The notes: generated from the letters alone by a model not told the origin. A stretch of 64,000 nucleotides of DNA from an uncultured Caulobacterales bacterium (GCA_938009235.1 CALLIK010000004.1:365725-429724), one strand, 5' to 3'; counted from the first letter of the stretch, positions 18,070-26,399 are shown. A program made the numbers and translations.

Positions 18070-19113
18070 ATGACAGATACTGATGGCACATGGGAGACCC
18101 GCACAGCGGAAAATGGCGACGACGGACAGCGTTTAGATAAATGGCTGTCTAGCTGGACTGAATTGTCCCGTACGCGTATTCGCGCCCTCGTAGAAGGCGG
18201 ACACGTTCGAGCGAATGGAGACATCGTCCTCAAAGTCACGTCAAAAGTACGTCCTGAGATCGAATATGCCGTGCGCGTCCCGCCGCCTGTGGATGACACG
18301 CCTCTACCTGAAGACATTCCACTCGATATATTATTTGAAGATGACCACCTCATTGTCTTGAATAAACGATCTGGAATGACAGTTCATCCCGCTCCAGGCT
18401 CTCGCAATGCGACGCTTGTGAATGCATTGCTTTTTCATTGCGCAGATACCCTCTCGGGCATTGGCGGCGTTATGCGCCCCGGTATTGTGCATCGCCTAGA
18501 TAAAGACACCTCAGGCGTTATGATCGCCGCAAAATCAGACAAGGCACATCAAGGACTCTCAAAGCAATTCGCCAAACATTCCATCGACCGCATTTATACA
18601 TGCTTTGTCCGAGGCGTTCCTAAGCCTCGTTCAGGGCAAATCGCGTCTCGACTTGCGCGGTCTCCCAATGACAGAAAGAAACAGTCTGTTGTTCGCGGAA
18701 CATTTGACGACATTGATGCCTCAGAGGTTGGGCGCCATGCCGTCACCCATTATAAATTCATCAAAGGGTTCGGACAGGCTCAACATGCGAGCATTGGCAC
18801 CCCAAAAGTAAGTCAGCTGGATTGTCAGCTTGAGACGGGCCGAACGCATCAAATTCGCGTTCATCTAACACATATCGGCTGTCCTCTGCTAGGTGACCCG
18901 CTTTACGGCAAACAACGTGCCTATGCGTCATCAAATCATCCTGCTGAAGAAGCCGTAAGGATCGCCGTTGCAGCGTTCAAACGACAAGCTCTACATGCTC
19001 GACATCTTGGTTTCATACATCCTGTCACCAAGGAACATATGAGCTTTGACGCGCCCTTACCGCCTGACATGCAGCACCTCTTAGACGTGTTCACTGACCT
19101 ACCGATCACATAG
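18070..19113 (+). CDS. rluD: 23S rRNA pseudouridine synthase, RluA family (RluD-like)
   Basis: An N-terminal S4-like segment and the catalytic motif HRLDKDTSG, with the downstream pattern GRTHQIRVHL. Confidence 0.9.
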   Translation: MTDTDGTWETRTAENGDDGQRLDKWLSSWTELSRTRIRALVEGGHVRANGDIVLKVTSKVRPEIEYAVRVPPPVDDTPLPEDIPLDILFEDDHLIVLNKRSGMTVHPAPGSRNATLVNALLFHCADTLSGIGGVMRPGIVHRLDKDTSGVMIAAKSDKAHQGLSKQFAKHSIDRIYTCFVRGVPKPRSGQIASRLARSPNDRKKQSVVRGTFDDIDASEVGRHAVTHYKFIKGFGQAQHASIGTPKVSQLDCQLETGRTHQIRVHLTHIGCPLLGDPLYGKQRAYASSNHPAEEAVRIAVAAFKRQALHARHLGFIHPVTKEHMSFDAPLPPDMQHLLDVFTDLPIT

Positions 19114-19139
19114 TTGTTAAAAAGAGTTCAGACCCAAAC

Positions 19140-19168
19140 CTTTTAAACCTGTTATATATTCCCCATAT
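19140..19168 (+). promoter_or_regulatory. Candidate sigma32-type (heat-shock) promoter of rpoH
   Basis: CTTTTAA at 19140-19146, a 14-nt spacer, then CCCCATAT at 19161-19168. This is compared with the sigma32 consensus CTTGAAA-N13-15-CCCCATNT. A GAGGGAG RBS lies at 19178-19184 and the ATG at 19194. Confidence 0.5.
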
Positions 19169-19193
19169 TAGTCCGCTGAGGGAGCTTTTTCTA

Positions 19194-20150
19194 ATGACCA
19201 AAACTAAAAACAAGACGCTGACAACAAAGACATCAGCAAGAGATGCCACTTACACTGGTAATATGAAGTTGTCCGTGGCGCTCTCTCCAGAACAAGGCCT
19301 GAACTCCTACCTTCAAGAAATCCGCAAATTCCCAATGTTGGAAAAAAACGAAGAATTCCGCCTCGCGAAACGTTGGGTCGAAGATGGTGATACAGCTGCA
19401 GCAGAGAAAATGGTGACATCACATCTGCGCCTCGTCGCTAAAATCGCGATGGGCTACCGCGGATATGGCCTTCCCATTGGCGAAGTCATTTCCGAAGGTA
19501 ACGTTGGCCTCATGCAAGCCGTCAAGAAATTTGACCCTGATAAGGGCTTCCGCGTTTCGACATATGCAATGTGGTGGATTCGTGCCGCTATCCAAGAATA
19601 TGTTCTACGCTCTTGGTCCCTCGTCAAAATGGGGACAACTGCGGCTCAGAAAAAACTCTTTTTCAACCTACGCCGAATGAAGGGCGAAATGAAAGCCTTA
19701 GAAGAAGGCGACCTCCGTCCAGAACATCTAACAAAAATCGCGACAGATCTTGGCGTGAAGGAATCGGAAGTCACATCCATGAATCGGCGCATGTCTGGCG
19801 GCGGCGATAGCTCCCTCAATGTGACCATCGGCGGCGATGATGGATCCGCGCAATGGCAAGATTGGTTGACGGACGAGTCTGAATCTCAAGAGGAAACCCT
19901 CGGGCACAGCCAAGAGCATGAGGCACGCATGGCCCTCCTTCAGGATGCTATGTCAGATCTTAACGAGCGTGAACGAGACATCATTTCAAAGCGCCGTTTA
20001 GCTGAGAAGCCAATGACACTAGAAGACTTAGCTAAAATCTACAAAGTTTCACGAGAGCGTATCCGCCAGATCGACGCGCGTGCCTTTGAGAAACTCCAAG
20101 CCGCTATGGTCGCTGCTGCAGCAGCTGGCCCGGGATTGTTAGAAAACTAG
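19194..20150 (+). CDS. rpoH: RNA polymerase sigma-32 factor
   Basis: 318-aa sigma70-family protein with the RpoH box QKKLFFNLRRMK and region 2 and 4 patterns. Confidence 0.95.
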   Translation: MTKTKNKTLTTKTSARDATYTGNMKLSVALSPEQGLNSYLQEIRKFPMLEKNEEFRLAKRWVEDGDTAAAEKMVTSHLRLVAKIAMGYRGYGLPIGEVISEGNVGLMQAVKKFDPDKGFRVSTYAMWWIRAAIQEYVLRSWSLVKMGTTAAQKKLFFNLRRMKGEMKALEEGDLRPEHLTKIATDLGVKESEVTSMNRRMSGGGDSSLNVTIGGDDGSAQWQDWLTDESESQEETLGHSQEHEARMALLQDAMSDLNERERDIISKRRLAEKPMTLEDLAKIYKVSRERIRQIDARAFEKLQAAMVAAAAAGPGLLEN

Positions 20151-20185
20151 ACCTTACACTGCACGTAATGGCCACACAGGCCATG

Positions 20186-20210
20186 ACAATTTAATGCGTG
20201 ATTAAATTGT
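20186..20210. promoter_or_regulatory. Perfect 10-bp inverted repeat ACAATTTAAT-N5-ATTAAATTGT
   Basis: acaatttaat lies at 20186-20195, the spacer gcgtg follows, and attaaattgt lies at 20201-20210. The site sits between the rpoH stop and the 20300 gene, about 90 nt upstream of that ATG. Confidence 0.45.
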
Positions 20211-20299
20211 AAAGTCAGAAGCTACGGAAAATTAACCGAGACGAAAGCCTTTTTTGGCACCCTGATAAGACGATAACACGACTAATCTGGGATAATCAT

Positions 20300-21136
20300 A
20301 TGTTTCGCTCTCGAACGCTTTTGGCTTTGGCCTGTAGTTCTGCCCTAATTGCAGCCATATCATACTCGCCCTTAGCGAAAGCTTTTGGCGTAGGCGTTCA
20401 GCCTTCAACAGTAGAAATGACGATAAAGCCCGGTGACCGACAGCGGCAAATTGTTACGGTCGGGAATGTTCACAAAACTAAGACCATTAGCCTGACTATG
20501 GGTTTGGCCGATTGGTCCCTAGATGAAAACGGCAAACTGATTTTAGACGCGCCAGGTGACACAACTCGGTCTGCGGCCGAATGGGTTCGTTTTTCGCCTG
20601 CTGCCGTTACCTTAAAACCAGAAACATCTCAGGATATTACGGTCGAGATCGATGCGCCTTATAAAATCAAAGAAAAGGGAGATCATCGTTTTGCTCTTCT
20701 AGCAACGACCATGTTGCCAGAGCTTGATGATCGCGGCGAAGTCTCTGGTGTTTGGAACCGGTATCAGCTGGCCTCACTCTTCTATCTTACGCTTACGCCC
20801 TCCAAAAGCCTCCCTGAGGTCACAAGTGTGGCTTTGAGTTCTACTGAGCCTGGGCTTGTAACTATGCAGATCAAGAATGATGGCGATGCTCATGCCCGAT
20901 TGCAGGGCACAGCCGTTTTGAAGGACAACGAAGGCGAGGTCTTAGCAGAAACACCTCTAAACGCTGTCATACTTGATGGCGGCAAACGTACCTATAACAT
21001 CACCCTTAAAGACATGGCTGAATTAGACACAGGTGACTACACGATCGATTTTGATCTCAACAATACATTTGCGCCGCAGAATAAGTTTAGAGCTACAAAT
21101 GTTCCTGTTGATTCACTGAATTATGTCGCGAAGTAA
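20300..21136 (+). CDS. Secreted two-domain Ig-like beta-sandwich protein (PapD-chaperone-like / DUF916-like), function unknown
   Basis: Signal peptide MFRSRTLLALACSSALIAAISYSPLAKA|F. The first module is VQPSTVEMTIKPGDRQRQIVTVGNVHKTKTISLTM...WVRFSPAAVTLKPETSQDITVEIDAP. The second module is LVTMQIKNDGDAHARLQGTAVLKDNEGEVL...GDYTIDFDL. It overlaps the next gene by 14 nt. Confidence 0.7.
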   Translation: MFRSRTLLALACSSALIAAISYSPLAKAFGVGVQPSTVEMTIKPGDRQRQIVTVGNVHKTKTISLTMGLADWSLDENGKLILDAPGDTTRSAAEWVRFSPAAVTLKPETSQDITVEIDAPYKIKEKGDHRFALLATTMLPELDDRGEVSGVWNRYQLASLFYLTLTPSKSLPEVTSVALSSTEPGLVTMQIKNDGDAHARLQGTAVLKDNEGEVLAETPLNAVILDGGKRTYNITLKDMAELDTGDYTIDFDLNNTFAPQNKFRATNVPVDSLNYVAK

Positions 21137-21968
21137 GATAATATTATTGGCGGGGGTTGCCCTCGTCTCTATTGCCTCAAACGCACAAGCTAGTTTTTTG
21201 GATACAGACTTCTGGTGCCGCACATATGGTTGTGCGGTAGTCCATGACGGCCAAAATTACGACATCTACGATAACTATCTATTTTCCACGAGTTCATGTT
21301 GCGTAGCTGTTGGAGGGCAAATGATAGGTTTTTACCTGAGAGCAGACAACACGAATATAACAGGAGAGATAGGTGGGAGTGGCTCAAATGGCCCAAACTC
21401 AGACCAGAGCTTCATGTTGGGTATATCCCAAGACGGTGAGAACATTAGTCTATCTGGAAATGATGATGGCGACGGATATCTCGATGCAAGTGATACATTT
21501 GGCGCATTTTCACTTAACCCGAACACAGATATCCTTCTAGATGGCCCTGGAAAATCTTACTCGCACAGCTTCTTTATATCGTCCCGTAATTCTGAATTTA
21601 GCCTTAGAGCCTTGGCTTCAATTGCCACTGTGACAGGCGATTTCTCTAGTACCATCCAACTCGGCGACATCAAATTGACTCCTAGCATTTCAGCGTCAGG
21701 TAATGACGGTGGATTTCAATATGGCGCAAGCGCGAATACGGCGAATATCATGATTGTAAGCGGTGTGGATGACCTTGGCGACCTCACAGGTATTCCTACG
21801 CAAATTATGAATTTTGGTCGAGCAGAAGGCATTCGCAACGGTAATGGCGACATTAATGAGCAAGCCATCCGACTCGACTTCCTCTACGAAATGCCAAACT
21901 ATGATCTCTCAATGGGTATTGGCAGTTTGAACGTAGATGTTGCGTTTGATTTCTACCGCGAGAATTAG
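21123..21968 (+). CDS. Secreted acidic Gly/Ser/Asn/Asp-rich protein, paralog of 13092-13958
   Basis: Signal peptide MSRSKIILLAGVALVSIASNAQA|S. It has a 4-Cys N-terminal segment. Shared blocks with 13092: YLDASDTFGAFS, NTD, SHSFFISS, TGDFS and YDLSMGIGSLNVDV, at nearly the same residue numbers. Confidence 0.7.
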   Translation: MSRSKIILLAGVALVSIASNAQASFLDTDFWCRTYGCAVVHDGQNYDIYDNYLFSTSSCCVAVGGQMIGFYLRADNTNITGEIGGSGSNGPNSDQSFMLGISQDGENISLSGNDDGDGYLDASDTFGAFSLNPNTDILLDGPGKSYSHSFFISSRNSEFSLRALASIATVTGDFSSTIQLGDIKLTPSISASGNDGGFQYGASANTANIMIVSGVDDLGDLTGIPTQIMNFGRAEGIRNGNGDINEQAIRLDFLYEMPNYDLSMGIGSLNVDVAFDFYREN

Positions 21969-21969
21969 G

Positions 21970-22374
21970 CTAACCGAACTCATGAGGTTCTTCAGTTTTG
22001 CCATCGTGTAAGACTTTTGGTTTTACAAACGCAGTGAATATTGCTGCCATGCCAAGTATAGCTATTGCCATAGATACAGCATCTCTTTCAATCATTCGAA
22101 AATACATCACGCCGCCGATTACAGCGGCAAAAACACCCACACAAATACTTGTCCAAAACTTACGGTCATAAACACAGTAAGTTTTGCCAGAAGCAAGTTT
22201 GCCCTTAAGGTCATCAGATAGAGCCATCACAAAGACTTTTGGTGTGAATGCAAAGTATAGCAAAAACAAAGCTACTACCCCAAAAAAACTAGGGTCAAAA
22301 AAGTAAGCGTAAGTGATACAAAGTACGCCTACGAAGACGCAGGAGAGTGACCCAATCAAGAATGCTTTTCTCAA
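21970..22374 (-). CDS. Small polytopic membrane protein (last gene of the suf-strand array)
   Basis: 134 aa with about 4 hydrophobic segments. It needs a TTG start that overlaps the sufA-like stop (TTGA). No motif was recognised. Confidence 0.45.
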   Translation of the reverse strand: MRKAFLIGSLSCVFVGVLCITYAYFFDPSFFGVVALFLLYFAFTPKVFVMALSDDLKGKLASGKTYCVYDRKFWTSICVGVFAAVIGGVMYFRMIERDAVSMAIAILGMAAIFTAFVKPKVLHDGKTEEPHEFG

Positions 22375-22757
22375 AGCGTTGAAGGTATAATCGTCACGCT
22401 CTCACCGCAACCACAGGCATCTGTCTGGTTCGGGTTACGGAATGTGAATTTGGACGACAAGATGTCGACTTCATAATCGACGACTGATCCTAAAAGAAAC
22501 AGCACTGCCTTCGCATCCACGACAATTTGCACGTCTTTGTCTTCTATGACCTCGTCGAATTTCTCGGGTTCAGCTACATAGTCCATGATGTATTCCATGC
22601 CTGCGCAGCCGCCATTTTTAACGCCAACGCGCAAATAACCTTCGCCGCGTTCCGCTAGAATTTCACTGACGCGTTTCGCCGCTTCGTCCGTCAAAGTCAC
22701 AAGTTTTGGACGTGGACGGCGGGCGCGTTTTGTTGGTGTTGTGATCGTGTCGGTCAT
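22371..22757 (-). CDS. HesB/IscA-family Fe-S cluster carrier (SufA-like)
   Basis: GGCAGMEY and the C-terminal CGCGES cysteine signature. The likely start is MTDTITTP at 22757, abutting the upstream stop. Confidence 0.85.
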   Translation of the reverse strand: MTDTITTPTKRARRPRPKLVTLTDEAAKRVSEILAERGEGYLRVGVKNGGCAGMEYIMDYVAEPEKFDEVIEDKDVQIVVDAKAVLFLLGSVVDYEVDILSSKFTFRNPNQTDACGCGESVTIIPSTL

Positions 22758-23224
22758 AACATGTTCAATTCTAAGCGCGCTTCGTCGCTCATACGGTCTG
22801 GAGTCCAAGGCGGTTCAAACGTCATGCCAACTTCGACGCGGCGAACGCCTGCCACAACTTCACAAGCTTCTTGCACCCAGACAGGCATTTCGCCCGCAAC
22901 GGGACAGCCTGGCGCGGTGAGCGTCATTGTGATTTTCAGTAACCGGTCATCTTCCAGTTCCACTTTATAAATCAGGCCTAACTCATAGATATCAGTAGGT
23001 ATTTCTGGATCATATACGGATTTCAACTGACCAATAACATCCGTCGTGATGCGTTCAATCTCTTCATCGGTCGGCTTGGTAATCGGCGCGCCAGACACAT
23101 CAAGCATATCACGCTTAGACGCAGCAACAGGTGCGGGCGCCTCTTTGTGGCTCTCAAGTCCCGGAATTTGTGAATTCGCGAGGGCTTCGGCTTCTCGTTG
23201 TCGATCTGTCATCGTGGTGTCCAT
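22754..23224 (-). CDS. SUF-associated DUF59/PaaD-like Fe-S assembly protein (SufT-like)
   Basis: VYDPEIPTDIYELGLIY and LTAPGCPVAGEM are the DUF59 hallmarks. Its position after sufS fits. Confidence 0.8.
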   Translation of the reverse strand: MDTTMTDRQREAEALANSQIPGLESHKEAPAPVAASKRDMLDVSGAPITKPTDEEIERITTDVIGQLKSVYDPEIPTDIYELGLIYKVELEDDRLLKITMTLTAPGCPVAGEMPVWVQEACEVVAGVRRVEVGMTFEPPWTPDRMSDEARLELNML

Positions 23225-23247
23225 GGCTTAGATATAGGTCTTGTAGA

Positions 23248-24465
23248 TCAAGATAGAAAGAGCGCAGCTTTGCGCACCGCTTCAACAAAGCGGTCAGCCT
23301 CGTCTAATGTGTTGTAAATTCCGAAACTCGCGCGGGCTGTCGAGTGAATGCCGAAACGGGCCATCAAGGGCTGCGTACAGTGTTGCCCTGCTCGAACTGC
23401 AACGCCGTATTTGTCCATAATCTGCGCGACATCATGCGCGTGCGCGCCTTCGAGCGTGAAGGAAAGAACAGGGCCTTTGTTAGCTGTCGTGCCAACAATA
23501 CGAACGGAATTCATGTCGGTCAAACCATCTCGCGCGGCATGATAGAGCGCCATTTCGTGCTGACGTATATCTTCGCTCGAATACTGGCCAACCCAATCAA
23601 TCGCAGCCCCAAGGCCAATCGCTTCTAGGATAGGCGGTGTGCCGGCTTCAAATTTATACGGCGCGTCATTATAGGTCACGCGATCTTCGAACACGTCTTC
23701 GATCATCTCGCCGCCGCCATTAAACGGCTGCATCTTATCAAGGATATCTGACGTCCCATAAAGCGCGCCAATCGCGGTTGGACCGTAGAGCTTATGCCCC
23801 GTCATACAGAATAGATCGATACCGAGATCTTGCACATCAATATCCATATGAACCGCAGCTTGTGTGCCGTCTGCAATGAAAATTGCGCCAGCAGCATGTG
23901 CCCAAGCGGCCATGTCTTTGATCGGGTTAACCGTCCCGAGGACGTTGGACATATGCACGATAGACACGATCTTGGTCTTCTCGCCCAACATAGATTTATA
24001 GACGTCTAGGTCGAGTGCGCCCTCGTCTGTGACGGGTACAAATTTTAGGACCGCGCCGTATCGTTCGCGTAGGAAATGCCACGGCACGATGTTGGAGTGA
24101 TGCTCCATCTGCGAGATGATGATTTCATCGCCCGGCTCGATCATATGCGCGAGGCCATAAGCGCAAAGATTCAAGGCTTCGGTTGCGCCGCGTGTGAAGA
24201 CGATGTTCTTGTCGGACGGTGCGCCGAGGAAGCTTGCGACCTTGCCACGTGCAGCCTCAAAAGCCTCAGTCGTCTCATTTGCCATCGTATGCAGGCCGCG
24301 ATGCACATTCGCATAGGCACGCTCTGTCTGCGACTTCATCGCGTCCATAACGGCTGTTGGCTTTTGCGCCGATGCAGCATTGTCGAGATAGGCGAGCGGA
24401 TAGCCGTTTATCTCACGTGCGAGGACGGGGAATTGGGCGCGAATGGATTGAACGTCAAAAGTCAT
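23248..24465 (-). CDS. sufS: Cysteine desulfurase SufS (group II)
   Basis: 405 aa with the PLP lysine in TGHKLYGPTAIGALYG and the catalytic Cys in RAGQHCTQPLM. Confidence 0.95.
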   Translation of the reverse strand: MTFDVQSIRAQFPVLAREINGYPLAYLDNAASAQKPTAVMDAMKSQTERAYANVHRGLHTMANETTEAFEAARGKVASFLGAPSDKNIVFTRGATEALNLCAYGLAHMIEPGDEIIISQMEHHSNIVPWHFLRERYGAVLKFVPVTDEGALDLDVYKSMLGEKTKIVSIVHMSNVLGTVNPIKDMAAWAHAAGAIFIADGTQAAVHMDIDVQDLGIDLFCMTGHKLYGPTAIGALYGTSDILDKMQPFNGGGEMIEDVFEDRVTYNDAPYKFEAGTPPILEAIGLGAAIDWVGQYSSEDIRQHEMALYHAARDGLTDMNSVRIVGTTANKGPVLSFTLEGAHAHDVAQIMDKYGVAVRAGQHCTQPLMARFGIHSTARASFGIYNTLDEADRFVEAVRKAALFLS

Positions 24466-24635
24466 CTTAGGCCAAACAAGTTTAAAACTAACGTCAGAAT
24501 AAAGACTAAGAGCAACGTGTAACCTAGACTCCTAACAAGCGCTAAAGTCTTTCTATCGCCATTTCGGCGAGACCTTATTTGAAGGCCAAAAAAGAGAATT
24601 AGACCAAAAGCTAAAATTAAATAATCAGTATTCAT
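24462..24635 (-). CDS. 57-aa two-TM small protein translationally coupled between sufD and sufS
   Basis: MNTDYLILAFGLILFFGLQIRSRRNGDRKTLALVRSLGYTLLLVFILTLVLNLFGLR. Its ATG overlaps the sufD stop (ATGA at 24632-24635) and its stop overlaps the sufS ATG by 4 nt. Confidence 0.5.
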   Translation of the reverse strand: MNTDYLILAFGLILFFGLQIRSRRNGDRKTLALVRSLGYTLLLVFILTLVLNLFGLR

Positions 24636-25672
24636 GACCGCGCTAACCACCCACGCAGCTTATCCAACAAACTCTCACGCATAACCTCATCCTCAAGCGT
24701 ATCGAATACACTCGCGAGGAAAGCTTCCGTTAAGAGCGCTTTAGCTTCTGCCAAAGGAATGCCGCGTTGACGCATATAGAACAACGCGCTGTCATCTAAT
24801 GCGCCAATCGTATTGCCATGCGCGCAAGCCACATCATCCGCGTAGATTTCCAACTCAGGCTTTGACCGAATCTCGGATAAATCAGACAGCATGATCGCAT
24901 CATGACGCATCTCTGCATCAGTCTGTTGCGCAGGACGGCGAACGTGGAATTTACCTTGGAAGACACCGCGAGATTTATCAGCGGTAACACCTTTGACGGC
25001 TTGGCGAATATGCCCATCAGGACAGGCCAAATCGATATAGCTCGTCATGTCGCAATGACGTTTCCCGTCGAGGAGGTAGGCCGCATTGATGGTCGCTTTC
25101 ACGGCCTCGCCCATGCCTGCCAAACGTGTTTCGAGGCGTGTGAGTTTTCCGCCGAACGCCAATGTGTGCTGACGTAATTCAGACTTCGCCCACGCCGTGA
25201 CATTCGTTGTCGCGATACGGACGCAATCGTCTGGGTCAGTTTGGACAATCACGCGATCAAGAACCGCGCCTTCGCCAAGTTTGATGTTCAGATGCGAGTT
25301 ACAGAAGCTCCCCGCCTGCCCATCATAATGCTCCACGAGAGAGGCGCGTGCGCCCTTGCCGAGCGTGAGCGTAATCTGGGCATGACCCTGCGTGAGGCCT
25401 TCGATTTGAATAACCTCATCGGGCGTAAAGCCTGCGGGAACATTGATATCCCAGCTCTGGCCCGCAAATTCAGTCGCGAGTTTTGAGAGTGGCACATCAT
25501 TGGCCGCCGTCGTTAAGGCGGTTTGTACAACCGTCACGCCAGTGGGCACAAAGACTTGCACAGGCGAAGCCGTTTCTGAGCCGCGTGTGTCGTCAGAGAC
25601 GGCGCGGCTGACATCTGACCATTTCCAGGCCTCGTCGCGTCGTGTGGGAAGCTTATGTGGCATATGCGTCAT
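24632..25672 (-). CDS. sufD: Fe-S cluster assembly protein SufD
   Basis: Typical N-terminus LPTRRDEAWKWSDV and the C-terminal SufBD beta-helix. The start was chosen at MTHMPHKLP (25672; alternative 25663) rather than the ORF-track 25771, which would overlap sufC by 119 nt. Confidence 0.9.
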   Translation of the reverse strand: MTHMPHKLPTRRDEAWKWSDVSRAVSDDTRGSETASPVQVFVPTGVTVVQTALTTAANDVPLSKLATEFAGQSWDINVPAGFTPDEVIQIEGLTQGHAQITLTLGKGARASLVEHYDGQAGSFCNSHLNIKLGEGAVLDRVIVQTDPDDCVRIATTNVTAWAKSELRQHTLAFGGKLTRLETRLAGMGEAVKATINAAYLLDGKRHCDMTSYIDLACPDGHIRQAVKGVTADKSRGVFQGKFHVRRPAQQTDAEMRHDAIMLSDLSEIRSKPELEIYADDVACAHGNTIGALDDSALFYMRQRGIPLAEAKALLTEAFLASVFDTLEDEVMRESLLDKLRGWLARS

Positions 25673-26399
25673 ACCCTTCGCTCTCGAGTTTCTTTGCGAA
25701 GTCTGCGTCGCCACTGGCCGCGATTCCACCTTTGGCAAGGACGTGAACGCTGTCAGGTACGATATAATCAAGCAGACGTTGGTAATGAGTGATGATCAGC
25801 ATACCGCGATCAGGGCTACGGAGTTTGTTCACACCATCAGCCACAATCCGAAGCGCATCTACATCAAGGCCAGAATCTGTCTCGTCCATCACGATCAAGT
25901 TCGGCTCGAGCATCATCATCTGGAAGATTTCCATACGTTTCTTCTCGCCGCCAGAGAACCCAACATTCAGCGGACGTTTTAGCATTTCAGGTTTCATCTT
26001 AAGCTCGGCTGCCAGTGCGCGAGCTTTCTTGAGGAACTCAGGCGCTTTCATTTCCTCTTCACCGCGTGCGCGGCGTTGCGCGTTCAACGCGGTTTTGAGA
26101 AATGTCATGGTCGGAACGCCAGGGATTTCCAGCGGATATTGGAACGACAAAAAGACACCCGCCGCCGCGCGTTCTTCAGGCTCCATATCCAGAAGGTCTT
26201 TACCGTCCAATGTGACGGTGCCGTCTGTGACTTCATATCCATCACGCCCCGTCAGGACATAAGACAACGTCGATTTACCTGCCCCATTCGGACCCATAAT
26301 CGCATGAACTTCACCCTTAGGCACATCAAGCGAAAGTCCCGTCAGAATAGGTTTCTGTCCCTCATCAACGGACACGTGGAGGTTATTGATTTTTAACAT
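25653..26399 (-). CDS. sufC: Fe-S cluster assembly ATPase SufC
   Basis: MLKINNLHVSV start, Walker A GPNGAGKST, ABC signature FSGGEKKR and Walker B LIVMDETDSGLD. Confidence 0.95.
   Translation of the reverse strand: MLKINNLHVSVDEGQKPILTGLSLDVPKGEVHAIMGPNGAGKSTLSYVLTGRDGYEVTDGTVTLDGKDLLDMEPEERAAAGVFLSFQYPLEIPGVPTMTFLKTALNAQRRARGEEEMKAPEFLKKARALAAELKMKPEMLKRPLNVGFSGGEKKRMEIFQMMMLEPNLIVMDETDSGLDVDALRIVADGVNKLRSPDRGMLIITHYQRLLDYIVPDSVHVLAKGGIAASGDADFAKKLESEGYDAYAT

Noticed and set aside
20168-20184. Hairpin ATGGCC-acaca-GGCCAT as the rpoH intrinsic terminator.
   Set aside because: The stem is only 6 bp and no T-tract follows. It is kept only as context for the adjacent perfect dyad.
20255-20269. 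TGGCAC element upstream of the 20300 gene, as a possible sigma54 -24 box.
   Set aside because: The -12 position reads TAAG rather than TTGC, so no GC dinucleotide sits at the required spacing. No enhancer-binding protein gene is nearby.
25789-26396. Plus-strand ORFs of 157 aa and 106 aa antisense to sufC.
   Set aside because: They lie entirely inside the strongly conserved sufC frame. Their sequence is Ser/Arg/Pro-rich and low in complexity, as is typical of antisense frames. There is no start context or motif.
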